Assembly (NCBI GenBank): GCA_041742135.1
Contig: JBGSJG010000001.1
Coordinates: 131,151 to 195,150, forward strand
Direction: 5' to 3'
Length of the DNA: 64,000 nucleotides
From: Patescibacteria group bacterium
GTDB lineage: Bacteria; Patescibacteriota; Microgenomatia; UBA8517
Part shown: positions 10,070-19,290 of the stretch, in pieces
How positions within the stretch are numbered: position 1 is the first letter of the stretch
Layout of the letters: each line of letters begins with the position of its first letter
Made by a program: the position numbers and the translations under genes
Notes under the pieces: model-generated
Told to the model about the DNA's origin: nothing
Databases searched by the model: none
What the model saw: only the letters and a program-made list of their open reading frames with translations

Positions 10070-11129
10070 AAAATTATTCATAGCTCCTGCTATTATCGCA
10101 GGTCTTATCGCCTACTTAGCAACACCACGAGTTATAAAACTCGCCTGGAGATGGGGATTAATTGATGACCCTAAAAAAAACCATCACCCCAAGGTAATCC
10201 ACACCAAGCCAACTCCTCGCGCTGGAGGAATTGCAATCTATGCAGCAATTGTCATAAGTTCGATAGTGCTGTTGCCTTTAGACAAACATCTTGTGGCAAT
10301 ACTTATTGGCGCGACCCTGCTTGTGGTCTTGGGGGTCCTGGACGATAAATACAATCTTAATCCGTACATACGGCTTTTTGTCCAATTTGTAGCCGCGGCC
10401 ATTCCGATCGCTGCGGGGATCGGTATTGCCTATGTTACAAACCCTATAGGTACGGGCTTAATCGATCTTTCGCACCCGCAAATCGTTTTTGAGATTCTTG
10501 GAGAAAGCCGAAGCATTTGGATTCTTTCTGATTTATTTGCAGTTTTTTGGATTGTCACTCTTATTAATTTTTTGAACATGGGCGCCAAAGGGATAGATGG
10601 CCAACTTACCGGGGTAGTAGCTATCGCGGCAATCACAATTGCCATACTGTCTTACAGTTTTTCAGCTGACATCACAGAGTGGCCAGTAACAATTCTCGCC
10701 TCGATTGTCGCCGGAAGTTATCTTGGATTTTTGCCTTGGCATGTATACCCACAAAAAATAATGCCGAGTTTCGCAGGCTCAAACCTGGCCGGCTACTTCT
10801 TGGCAATCCTTTCAATTCTGAGTACAACCAAGGTTGGGGTTTTGGCAATAGTTTTGGCGGTTCCACTGGTGGACACCGGCTACACTATCATAAGAAGAAT
10901 TCTGTCTGGCAAATCTCCAGTTTGGGGGGATAGGGGGCATCTCCATCATCGCCTCCTAGACAGCGGGCTAAGTAAAAACCAAGTTACACTCTTTTACTGG
11001 GGAAGTGCTGCACTATTAGGCATACTTGCTTTGTCATTTAACTCACAATATAAGTTGTATACTATGTTAGGAATTTCTCTAGTTTTGGGAGGTTTTATAT
11101 TATGGCTAACATATCGCTCTCGACATTAA
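10059..11129 (+). CDS. WecA/TagO-like polyprenyl-phosphate GlcNAc-1-phosphate transferase (MraY/GT4 family)
   Basis: PTPRAGG, GVLDDK, GIDGQ, DRGHLHHRLL and multiple TMs. Confidence 0.9.
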   Translation: MLFEKLFIAPAIIAGLIAYLATPRVIKLAWRWGLIDDPKKNHHPKVIHTKPTPRAGGIAIYAAIVISSIVLLPLDKHLVAILIGATLLVVLGVLDDKYNLNPYIRLFVQFVAAAIPIAAGIGIAYVTNPIGTGLIDLSHPQIVFEILGESRSIWILSDLFAVFWIVTLINFLNMGAKGIDGQLTGVVAIAAITIAILSYSFSADITEWPVTILASIVAGSYLGFLPWHVYPQKIMPSFAGSNLAGYFLAILSILSTTKVGVLAIVLAVPLVDTGYTIIRRILSGKSPVWGDRGHLHHRLLDSGLSKNQVTLFYWGSAALLGILALSFNSQYKLYTMLGISLVLGGFILWLTYRSRH

Positions 11130-12061
11130 TCGCACTAGTCAAGCTGATGCGCCCAATTCATTGGGTGAAAAATCTGGGTATTTTTGCTGCATTAGTCTTT
11201 TCAGGTGGCCTTTTTGACCAACAAAAAATAATATTACTATTTTTCTCGTTTGGTGCTTTCAGCTTAGCCGCTTCTGCCGCTTACATTTTCAACGACATTT
11301 TGGACGTAAAATCGGACAGGCTTCATCCGATCAAAAAAAACCGACCTATTGCGAGCGGCAAAGTCCCTGTCAATGTTGCGTTACCCGCATCAGTCGTTTT
11401 ATTGTTTGTAGCTTTAGTGTGGGCTGAGTCAATTTCACACATATTTTTCGTTTTACTTTTTGTGTATGTGCTGATTCAAATTGCCTATTCACTAATTCTT
11501 AAGCACATTCACATCCTTGATATTTTAGTAATAGCTTCGGGGTTTGTAATCCGAGTTTACTCAGGAGCGTTTATTATCGATGCTCATTTGTCAGTGTGGT
11601 TTTTGTTATGTGTTGTGTCTGTGGCCTTATTTCTCGCCTCTGGCAAAAGGCGAGCAGAATACGGGGCCATGGGTGCTTCGGGAGGCACAAGAAAAAGCTT
11701 GACTCAATACTCGCGCGAGCTACTAAATTCTTACGTTACGATGTTTGGCAATGCAGCCTGGCTCAGCTGGTCGTTGTTTACTTTTTTTGAAAGCCCAAGA
11801 GTCATTACCCCTTTGTGGGTGTTTCTGGCCGAGTTTTCAAAGACAGCTTCGATAAACAAGCTTCTTATGATTACAATCCCGGTCACCATCTTTGGTATCA
11901 TGCGATACGAATCTTTAATTTTTCAAGAACGATCTGAGTCTCCAGAGAAGCTTCTTTTAACAGATAAGGCATTGGTGGCATCAGTGGTTATCTGGACTGC
12001 TCTTGTGGTTTGGATTCTTTATGGCGGAGTAGCCTCTTATTCGCCATCGCTTACGATTTGA
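11102..12061 (+). CDS. UbiA-family prenyltransferase, decaprenyl-phosphate phosphoribosyltransferase (DPPR synthase)-like
   Basis: RPIHWVKN, YIFNDILDVKSDRLHPIKKNRPIASG, YSLILKH, LASGKRRAE. Confidence 0.82.
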   Translation: MANISLSTLIALVKLMRPIHWVKNLGIFAALVFSGGLFDQQKIILLFFSFGAFSLAASAAYIFNDILDVKSDRLHPIKKNRPIASGKVPVNVALPASVVLLFVALVWAESISHIFFVLLFVYVLIQIAYSLILKHIHILDILVIASGFVIRVYSGAFIIDAHLSVWFLLCVVSVALFLASGKRRAEYGAMGASGGTRKSLTQYSRELLNSYVTMFGNAAWLSWSLFTFFESPRVITPLWVFLAEFSKTASINKLLMITIPVTIFGIMRYESLIFQERSESPEKLLLTDKALVASVVIWTALVVWILYGGVASYSPSLTI

Positions 12062-12870
12062 GCGTATTGCCCAGAAACCCAGCCGCTGTCCTCACTTGGA
12101 AGTTTTATCCTATACCAATCACCCTCCTGGCTTTGCTCCAGTAACTCGTATGTTTGTTCTGGCAAGACTTGACCTACTTCTGCCGAAGAAGTGCCCGGCT
12201 CGGCTCTTACCCTTAAAAACCCAGTAGGGGTAGAAAGTATCTTTACCTGCTCGACAACCTCAACGGGAGGCTCTTTTTTGTAAGCTAAATCTACAGAGAA
12301 GACCAGTTTGTTTCCTTCTACAGAGTTTACTTTTGTTGTTTCCTCCACGTACCCTTGTTTTTTTACCGCGATTTCATAAATACCCAAAGGCAAGACGGTT
12401 GCCAGGGGAGTGAGGCCTTTAAATTGGTCATCCACAAATACTTCAGATTCAACTGGATCTGAAATTACCACAACTTCTGCGCTACTAGCATTACTTGATT
12501 TTTCAAATGTAATTATTTGAGTCGAGCTATCTCCCTCGCTCTCCCCGAATTTGTGTCGCACAATGGTTTTAATGTTGTCATTTAGTCTCAGCTTAGCAGT
12601 ATAGAAATAGGGGAGAGGCTTAATACTAACCACCCTTATCTCAATCTCACCCGACTCTATTTCAACTTCTAAAGGGGTTTTGCCACTTTCTTTACCATCT
12701 ATATACACATTCGCCTCGATGTTTGACTCCACTACCAAAGCTGATTTGCCTAATGATATAGTTTGATACATATATAGTCCTATAACAATAACGAGCAATA
12801 AAAGCAACATCCCCAGTTTCAGGAGAGGTAGGCGTAGAGCACGAAAAACAAAAGAAGAAAATGACTTCAC
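12037..12870 (-). CDS. Membrane-anchored PEGA + SH3b domain protein
   Basis: N-terminal TM, two PEGA-like repeats (VYIDG...GKTPL; VFVDD..KGLTPL) and C-terminal LRVRAEPG...WYRI...GWVS. Confidence 0.85.
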   Translation of the reverse strand: MKSFSSFVFRALRLPLLKLGMLLLLLVIVIGLYMYQTISLGKSALVVESNIEANVYIDGKESGKTPLEVEIESGEIEIRVVSIKPLPYFYTAKLRLNDNIKTIVRHKFGESEGDSSTQIITFEKSSNASSAEVVVISDPVESEVFVDDQFKGLTPLATVLPLGIYEIAVKKQGYVEETTKVNSVEGNKLVFSVDLAYKKEPPVEVVEQVKILSTPTGFLRVRAEPGTSSAEVGQVLPEQTYELLEQSQEGDWYRIKLPSEDSGWVSGQYAQIVSDGE

Positions 12871-12891
12871 AATAGCCAGTTTAACAACCTC

Positions 12892-12951
12892 TTGACAAAT
12901 TATCTATGCCTTTTTATTATTCACTTATCACTTACTTGGCACGAGTGATAA
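12892..12951 (+). promoter_or_regulatory. Sigma70 promoter of hsp20 plus CIRCE-like operator
   Basis: TTGACA(12892)-N17-TATTAT(12915), then TTATCACTT-N9-GAGTGATAA (12925-12951) versus the CIRCE consensus TTAGCACTC-N9-GAGTGCTAA. Confidence 0.7.
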
Positions 12952-13017
12952 GTAAGTGACATTATCAAAACATATTTTTCACTCGTGAAAACTATCCACA
13001 AAAGGAGGTGATACACT

Positions 13018-13416
13018 TTGAATCAGTTAACTATTCGAGATCCGTTAAGGTCCCTATTCTCTTTCCCCCGCTTTATGGATGACTTTGATGATTTTAGTTC
13101 ACAACGAGGTTTAAAAGTTTATGAAACCCAAAACGATATTGTGGCTGAAGCAGTTGTGGCTGGAGTTGCCGCTTCTGACGTCGAAGTAAATATCGAAGAT
13201 GGTGTCATGACTATTAAGGCGGAAAAGAAAGAAGAGCAAAAGACCGAAGAAATGACGAGTTCAACGAGTTATAAATACTACTACTCCCTCGCCCTTTCCG
13301 GTGGTCAATGGAACAAAGCCGCTGCAAACGTCAAAAATGGCGTGGTTACGGTCAAAATTCCCAAGTCCGAGGCTGCAAAACCTCAAAAAGTAAAGGTCGT
13401 AGAAGAAAAAGAGTGA
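13018..13416 (+). CDS. Hsp20/alpha-crystallin small heat-shock protein
   Basis: VYETQNDIVAEA..AGV, IEDGVMTIKAE, ANVKNGVVTVKIPK. Strong SD AAAGGAGGTG at 13001-13010. Confidence 0.9.
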   Translation: MNQLTIRDPLRSLFSFPRFMDDFDDFSSQRGLKVYETQNDIVAEAVVAGVAASDVEVNIEDGVMTIKAEKKEEQKTEEMTSSTSYKYYYSLALSGGQWNKAAANVKNGVVTVKIPKSEAAKPQKVKVVEEKE

Positions 13417-13435
13417 AAATAATTTCTTTACACTC

Positions 13436-13471
13436 TCCCCTCGCCGATTTACGGCGGGGGGTTTTGTTTTC
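13436..13471 (+). terminator. Intrinsic terminator of hsp20
   Basis: CCCCTCGCCG-ATTTA-CGGCGGGGG stem followed by TTTTGTTTT. Confidence 0.8.
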
Positions 13472-13514
13472 AAAACAAACTTATTGAAAAATGAGCTATA
13501 ATAGCGTTACATTC

Positions 13515-13586
13515 GGCCGGATGTCGAAGTGGTAACGAAGCGGTCTGCAAAACCGCCATGCGCGGGTTCGACTCCCGCTCCGGCCT
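13515..13586 (+). tRNA. tRNA-Cys(GCA)
   Basis: Acceptor stem GGCCGGA/TCCGGCC, anticodon arm GCGGT-CTGCAAA-ACCGC, T-arm GCGGG-TTCGACT-CCCGC, discriminator U. No encoded CCA. Confidence 0.95.
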
Positions 13587-14470
13587 CAGGAGTTTACTTT
13601 TTGCTTTAGGTACTCGACAAACTCACCGTTAACTTGGGGATGACGAAGAGCAAAATCGATGACCGCTTCTAGGTAGCCTACTTTGTTTCCAGTATCGTAA
13701 TACTTCCCGTTTTCAATTACTTGTGCATAAATTGGCACACCATCTTCGCGAAGCAGGTTGATTGCGTCAACCAACCAAATCTCTCCACCTTTTCCGGGCT
13801 TTACGCGTCTTAGGGCATCAAAAATCTCAGGAGGGACGATATAGGCTCCGTGTGTAGCAACATTGGATGGTGCGCTGTCTGGATCCGGCTTTTCTACAAT
13901 TGATTTAATTTTATAAAGATTACCTTCAACCGGCTCCAGATCCGCAATACCGTAACGCTTCAGATGTTCGCGGTTTGTAATCTCCACCCCCGAGATCACT
14001 ACCCCACCGTATTTTTCATAAACTTTAGTCATCTGCGAGAGTCTTGGCGGCTCAGCATATATAAATTCGTCTCCCCACAAAATGGCAAAGGGTTCATTGC
14101 CAACTGCGGGCTCCGCCGAGAGCACAGGTGTCCCGTTACCATATGGGCCTTTTTGGCGAATATAAACAAAATTGGCCAGCTCAGATATTTTTTCAATTTC
14201 TTTGAGAATGTCCTCCTTGCCTCCTGCCAGAAGATTTTTAACAAGCTCTGCGTTAGGAGCGTCAAAATGGTCTTCGATTGCTCGCTTTAGCGCGCCTGTT
14301 ACGATAACCACATCGCGAATGCCGGAAGCAACTGCCTCTTCCACTACATATTGAATAACTGGCTTGTCGACGATCGGGAGCATTTCTTTGGGCATTGCCT
14401 TGGTTTGTGGCAAGAAGCGAGTCCCAAACCCAGCAGCCGGAATCACAGCTTTGGTGATCTTTTTTGTCAT
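13586..14470 (-). CDS. galU: UTP--glucose-1-phosphate uridylyltransferase
   Basis: KAVIPAAGFGTRFLPQTKAMPKEMLPIVDKP, VEKP, GEIWLVDA, YYDTG. Confidence 0.95.
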   Translation of the reverse strand: MTKKITKAVIPAAGFGTRFLPQTKAMPKEMLPIVDKPVIQYVVEEAVASGIRDVVIVTGALKRAIEDHFDAPNAELVKNLLAGGKEDILKEIEKISELANFVYIRQKGPYGNGTPVLSAEPAVGNEPFAILWGDEFIYAEPPRLSQMTKVYEKYGGVVISGVEITNREHLKRYGIADLEPVEGNLYKIKSIVEKPDPDSAPSNVATHGAYIVPPEIFDALRRVKPGKGGEIWLVDAINLLREDGVPIYAQVIENGKYYDTGNKVGYLEAVIDFALRHPQVNGEFVEYLKQKVNS

Positions 14471-14479
14471 GGTATGCAA

Positions 14480-15358
14480 TTATACAACATAATATCTACC
14501 TCCAGCTTCAGCTATTAGTCCTTTCAAAGCCATCACCGAAAGTGTTGTGCTCGCTTCCACCATGCCCATTCCTGTGGCAACAGCAATCTCATCAATATTC
14601 AAATCTTCATTTTTTAAAATACCGAGAATCTTTTTTTCTTCATTTGAAAGTGTAATTTTTGACTGATGACTGACTGAAGCTTTCGTCGGAATTCTTAGGA
14701 TATCCTCCGGAACTGTTACTATCTGGGCAATCCCCTCTTTTATTATTTGGTTGGTGCCCATCGAGACAGAAGAATTTATAGGTCCAGGAATTGCATAGAT
14801 TTTCTTTTTTAGTTTTTTTGCAAAGTCTACTGTTATCAAAGACCCACTGCTCTCCCCCGCTTCTATCACCAAAACTCCGACAGTAGCCAAAGCCGCTACG
14901 ATACGATTCCTTTGCGGATACATCCAAAGCTTCGGTTTTTGGTCGGGTTCATATTCAGACAAAACTGCTCCCCCACTTTGTAATATTTTTGTATACAATT
15001 TATCGTTATCTGGCGGATAAGGCTGGTTTAATCCGTTGCCCATAACAGCTACGGTTTTGCCTAAAAAGTCTACCGTCTGCGTATGGACCTCCGTATCTAC
15101 TCCATACATATAACCAGAGACGGTGGTGATGCCAGCTTGGACAAAAGAGCTTACGAATCTGGTTACGCACGAGGCTCCATATCTAGTCATGCCTCGCGAG
15201 CCAACAATCGCTATGGTTTTATCTAATGCTCCCAAATCAAGCTCGCCACGGTAATATAACTGCTTGGGAGGCTGTGCTAAATCAAGTAATATTTTCGGGT
15301 AATCTTTTCCCCCTTTAATTACCTTTTTAATCTCAAATTCGGACCAATGCTTCTTCAT
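14480..15358 (-). CDS. dprA: DNA-processing protein DprA
   Basis: AIVGSR, VSGYMYGVD, QRNRIVA, EAGESSGSLIT, AIPG and a C-terminal winged helix. Confidence 0.93.
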   Translation of the reverse strand: MKKHWSEFEIKKVIKGGKDYPKILLDLAQPPKQLYYRGELDLGALDKTIAIVGSRGMTRYGASCVTRFVSSFVQAGITTVSGYMYGVDTEVHTQTVDFLGKTVAVMGNGLNQPYPPDNDKLYTKILQSGGAVLSEYEPDQKPKLWMYPQRNRIVAALATVGVLVIEAGESSGSLITVDFAKKLKKKIYAIPGPINSSVSMGTNQIIKEGIAQIVTVPEDILRIPTKASVSHQSKITLSNEEKKILGILKNEDLNIDEIAVATGMGMVEASTTLSVMALKGLIAEAGGRYYVV

Positions 15359-15732
15359 ATTATAGTCAAGTTTTTGTAAAATTTAATGCTTTCCACTTGG
15401 TCTTTTGAATCCACCACAATACATACCGCGTCTATTTGCGTGATAAGAAATTGCGTTGCTGTTTTCTTGTTCTTAAGAAGATATGCCTCTGCAGTTTTTT
15501 GCACTTGCCATATTTTTCTCTTATCGATCATTTCCTCCGGAGTTCCAAAGTAATCTCCCACTTTTAATTTTACTTCTACAAAATGTAAAACATTGTCTTT
15601 GGTTGCAATTAAATCCAACTCTCCAAAACGTGTGCGCCAATTTTTGTCAATTACACAAAAACCGTTTTCCTCTAGATACTTTTGCGCAATGCTCTCCCCT
15701 TTTCTTCCTTTGGAAAAATTATATTGCTTCAC
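15355..15732 (-). CDS. yraN: YraN (UPF0102) family nuclease
   Basis: GRKGESIAQKYL, NWRTRFGELDLIA, FVEVK. Confidence 0.9.
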   Translation of the reverse strand: MKQYNFSKGRKGESIAQKYLEENGFCVIDKNWRTRFGELDLIATKDNVLHFVEVKLKVGDYFGTPEEMIDKRKIWQVQKTAEAYLLKNKKTATQFLITQIDAVCIVVDSKDQVESIKFYKNLTII

Positions 15733-15788
15733 TGTTTCATATTATCAGACCTTTTATTTAGCCCCTCTTGGTGCTAGAATGTTGTGGC

Positions 15789-17039
15789 ATGGATCCTTAC
15801 AAAAACGCGCTAACGCAACTTAACTCCGTAGTGTCAGTTCTTGGCACAGACTATGAAGACCAGAAAGCGTTTGATCGCACAGTCAAAATTCTCCAAAGAC
15901 CTCAAAAATTAATAGTTAAAGAGTTAGCCGTTAAAGGTAAAAAATACAAAGCTTTTAGAAGTCAACACAACGACGCACTTGGCCCTTTCAAAGGAGGTAT
16001 CAGATTTCATCCAAACGTTAGCCGTGAAGAAGTAATGGCGCTTTCGATGTGGATGAGCTGGAAATGCTCGCTCATGGGTTTACCTTACGGCGGAGGCAAA
16101 GGCGGGATTGTGATTGACCCAAAAACACTTACCCCAAAAGAGCTTGAAAATTTATCAAAAAAATATGCAGACAGCTTCGCTGCTCATTTTGGGCCTTGGA
16201 TTGACGTTCCAGCTCCAGATGTTAATACTGATGGCCGAATTATGGCGTGGATGCTTGAAGCTTACGAGAAAAAGATAGGACAGCATGCGCCAGCAACCTT
16301 TACAGGAAAGCCTTTAAGCCTAGGAGGAAGCCTAGGGCGTGAGGAAGCAACAGGCCAAGGAGGAGCGTTTGTGCTGGAAAGCTATGCTAAAGCCAAAAAA
16401 CTTAAGCCATCTAAAGTTTACATAGCAGTTCAAGGGTTTGGCAATGTCGGTTATTGGTTTTCTTTATTAGCCCAAAAAATGGGCTACAAAATCGTTTTGG
16501 TTTCAGACTCCTCGGGCGGTGTTTATGATCCTAAAGGACTAACGATTTCCAAAATTAAAACAGCCAAAGATACATACGGATCGCTTCTTGAAGTTAGCAA
16601 GAAACTCGCGCTTAAGTTTATAAACCCCGAGGATGTTGTCGCGACCAAGTGCGATGTTTTGGTGCCTGCCGCTTTAGAAAACGCAATTACAAAAGACAAT
16701 GCAAAGACTGTAAAAGCAATGGCGATTTTAGAGCTGGCCAATGGCCCCACCACCCCAGAAGCGGAAGAAATATTAACCAAAAAAGGTATTGAGATTATTC
16801 CTGATATTTTAGGCAACGGCGGTGGTGTTACGGTCAGCTATTTTGAATGGGTTCAAAACCTGCATGGCTCGCGATGGGAGCTGGAAAGAGTTAACACAGA
16901 GCTTAAGCAAGTGATGAACAACGCATTTAATGAAGTTTATAAAGTAGTAAGAGCCAAAAAGACAACTTATAGAAAAGCCGCATATTTGATTGCAGTTAAG
17001 CGAGTAATTGATGCCATGATTCTTCGTGGAAGGATATAG
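15789..17039 (+). CDS. gdhA: Glutamate dehydrogenase (Glu/Leu/Phe/Val family)
   Basis: GPFKGGIRFHP, GGGKGG, DVPAPDVNT, QGFGNVG, ELANGP, VSYFEWVQN. Confidence 0.93.
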   Translation: MDPYKNALTQLNSVVSVLGTDYEDQKAFDRTVKILQRPQKLIVKELAVKGKKYKAFRSQHNDALGPFKGGIRFHPNVSREEVMALSMWMSWKCSLMGLPYGGGKGGIVIDPKTLTPKELENLSKKYADSFAAHFGPWIDVPAPDVNTDGRIMAWMLEAYEKKIGQHAPATFTGKPLSLGGSLGREEATGQGGAFVLESYAKAKKLKPSKVYIAVQGFGNVGYWFSLLAQKMGYKIVLVSDSSGGVYDPKGLTISKIKTAKDTYGSLLEVSKKLALKFINPEDVVATKCDVLVPAALENAITKDNAKTVKAMAILELANGPTTPEAEEILTKKGIEIIPDILGNGGGVTVSYFEWVQNLHGSRWELERVNTELKQVMNNAFNEVYKVVRAKKTTYRKAAYLIAVKRVIDAMILRGRI

Positions 17040-18566
17040 CTACCCCTCCACTCTCACTCTGTATTGCAACGCTTCGGCCACGTGCTTTACGCCGATGATT
17101 GTCTCCTGACCCAAATCCGAAATAGTTTGAGAAATTTTAATAAGCCGGAAATATGTTCTGGCTGAAAGGTTGTAATTATTTACAGCTTGTTTTAATAGTG
17201 CTTGGGCTTCCGACTCGATGTGGCAGAACTCTTTAATGTGTTTGTTTTTCATGTCACTATTTGTATAAATGCCGGCACGCTTTAATCTCTTGTTTTGAAT
17301 ATTGCGTGCAGCAATAACACGAGCCAGAATATCTTCCGAGCTTTCTTCTTTTTTAACTTCCCCGTTTTTGGGAATGAGTTTTTCAATGTCCACCGTTGGA
17401 ACGGTAATGTGGATATCAATTCTATCCATCAGAGGCCCTGAAAGCTTGCTGTTGTATTTCATGATCATGCGAGCGCTACATTTACAGTCCCTTTTTGGGT
17501 CTCCTAAAAACCCACAGGGGCATGGGTTTGCTGCGGCTACGAGCATAAACTCAGCTGGAAAAGTAACTGAACCAGCCGCTCGGGTTATTGAAACCTTACC
17601 ATCTTCCAATGGCTGGCGCAGAGCTTCGAGTGTGCTTCTGCTAAACTCGGGAAATTCGTCCAAAAACAACACACCACGGTGCGCCATGGAAATTTCGCCG
17701 GGGTGTGGGTTACTGCCTCCACCAATCAGGCCAATTCTACTTGTTGTATGGTGGCTAACGCGAAACGGGCGAGTCCACACCAGCGATTCACCGGGCGGAA
17801 TATTTCCAGTGACTGAATAGATCTTCGTTACCTCAAGGCTCTCCTCTTCGGACAGTGGCGGCAAAATTCCAGCTAGTGCGCGGGCTAACATGGTTTTGCC
17901 CGAGCCCGGCGGACCCTGCATAAAAATATTATGCCCGCCAGCTGCGGCCACCTCCATTGCCCGCTTAGCTTGGCCTTGGCCGACTATTTCGGCAAAATCA
18001 AATTCTGGAGTCAAAACTGGCTCAGCCTTGTGAAATTTTTTTATTGGATCAATTTTTATTTTTCCACTCATGTGATTCACCAGCTGCACAAGGCTTTCAA
18101 CTGGGTAGACATCTACCCCAGCGACAACGCTGCCTTCACCGGCCGAATCTTTGGGTACAAAAAGGTGTCTAACTCCAAGTTTTTTTGCCCCAATAGCCAT
18201 TAAAAACACACCTTTGGTGTGCCGAAGTGTTCCGTCAAGTGAAAGTTCTCCAAAAAACATGGCTTTGTCAAATTTGGGAACTACTTCAAGGGAAGTTAAT
18301 ATTCCAATTGCGATTGGTAAATCAAAGCCGGCGCCTTCTTTAGGGATATCCGCCGGTGCAAGGTTAACCACAATTTTAGCCTGAGGAAACTCTATGTTTG
18401 AATTATCAAGCGCTGTTTTGACTCGTTCTCGAGCTTCTTCGACCGCTTTATTGGGAAGGCCGATGATACTAAAACCCGGGAAACCCTTTTTAAAAATGTT
18501 AACTTCCACATCAACAGGAGTAATTTCCAAACCCAAATGTGATGCCGAAAGAATTCGGGTGAGCAT
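17040..18566 (-). CDS. comM: ComM/YifB Mg-chelatase-like AAA+ ATPase
   Basis: VNLAPADIPKEG..FDLPIA, GPPGSGKT, PGEISMAHRGVLFLDE, NPCPCG, SGPLMDRID. Confidence 0.93.
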   Translation of the reverse strand: MLTRILSASHLGLEITPVDVEVNIFKKGFPGFSIIGLPNKAVEEARERVKTALDNSNIEFPQAKIVVNLAPADIPKEGAGFDLPIAIGILTSLEVVPKFDKAMFFGELSLDGTLRHTKGVFLMAIGAKKLGVRHLFVPKDSAGEGSVVAGVDVYPVESLVQLVNHMSGKIKIDPIKKFHKAEPVLTPEFDFAEIVGQGQAKRAMEVAAAGGHNIFMQGPPGSGKTMLARALAGILPPLSEEESLEVTKIYSVTGNIPPGESLVWTRPFRVSHHTTSRIGLIGGGSNPHPGEISMAHRGVLFLDEFPEFSRSTLEALRQPLEDGKVSITRAAGSVTFPAEFMLVAAANPCPCGFLGDPKRDCKCSARMIMKYNSKLSGPLMDRIDIHITVPTVDIEKLIPKNGEVKKEESSEDILARVIAARNIQNKRLKRAGIYTNSDMKNKHIKEFCHIESEAQALLKQAVNNYNLSARTYFRLIKISQTISDLGQETIIGVKHVAEALQYRVRVEG

Positions 18567-18570
18567 TAAT

Positions 18571-19179
18571 TTAGTTTAGCACTCTTAGCTCGTTTACATC
18601 TTCTTCTTTGAACACATTCAGAAGCTCCACTTCAAGACTAATCAAAAACCGCCGGAGCTCTCTCCATAGTGGGTCTTTTGGAGAAATTGCCCGACTATTT
18701 TCTATGTTGCGTGCAGTACTTAACGACAAAGTAACAATACGCCCCCAAGTTTCTCTTAAAAAATTGTCCTGGCCACTAAAGGTTCGCCAACTGGCGCTTT
18801 CTTTCATTACCACTTTTATCTCCTGGTCGTATTCTCGCACACGTAGGTCAATCAGCTTTTCCCAAAATACTAACTGGCGAGCGTCAATCTTTGTATCCAC
18901 CATGACGTCAAGAAATGCTTCTTTCATGTATTCTTTGATGTTGCGGTAAACAACACTTTGGCTTCCGCGAGACTTCTTGGCTTGCTCTTCTAAAAAATAC
19001 AGCACATAGACCAAGGAGTTGACCTGAAGTTCATTAAAAATGATGTCCTGTTTTTTAACTCCCAATTTTTCAAAAGCAATGGTTTTTCTAAAAGCAACGT
19101 CTTTCCAAAACGAATAACTTTTAATCGCGACAATCTCGCGAACAATTCTAATTGCAAACTCGCGCGTACTCATATTCAC
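18571..19179 (-). CDS. Hypothetical protein (predicted helical)
   Basis: 202-aa ORF co-oriented with and abutting comM; no recognisable motif. Confidence 0.6.
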   Translation of the reverse strand: MNMSTREFAIRIVREIVAIKSYSFWKDVAFRKTIAFEKLGVKKQDIIFNELQVNSLVYVLYFLEEQAKKSRGSQSVVYRNIKEYMKEAFLDVMVDTKIDARQLVFWEKLIDLRVREYDQEIKVVMKESASWRTFSGQDNFLRETWGRIVTLSLSTARNIENSRAISPKDPLWRELRRFLISLEVELLNVFKEEDVNELRVLN

Positions 19180-19204
19180 GCCATACTAACACAGCTGCCT
19201 AAAC

Positions 19205-19233
19205 TTGACAAAAACAGGTGTTTAGCCTAAAAT
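19205..19233 (+). promoter_or_regulatory. Sigma70 promoter upstream of M23 gene
   Basis: TTGACA(19205)-N17-TAAAAT(19228). Confidence 0.65.
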
Positions 19234-19290
19234 TCTCGCATTCCCGTTAGTAGCGGGATTTTTTTGTGACCCTCGCTCGACGGGGGGCAT

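Noticed and set aside
12992-13000. DnaA-box-like CTATCCACA upstream of hsp20
   Set aside because: A single 8/9 match, expected by chance in 64 kb, with no cluster.
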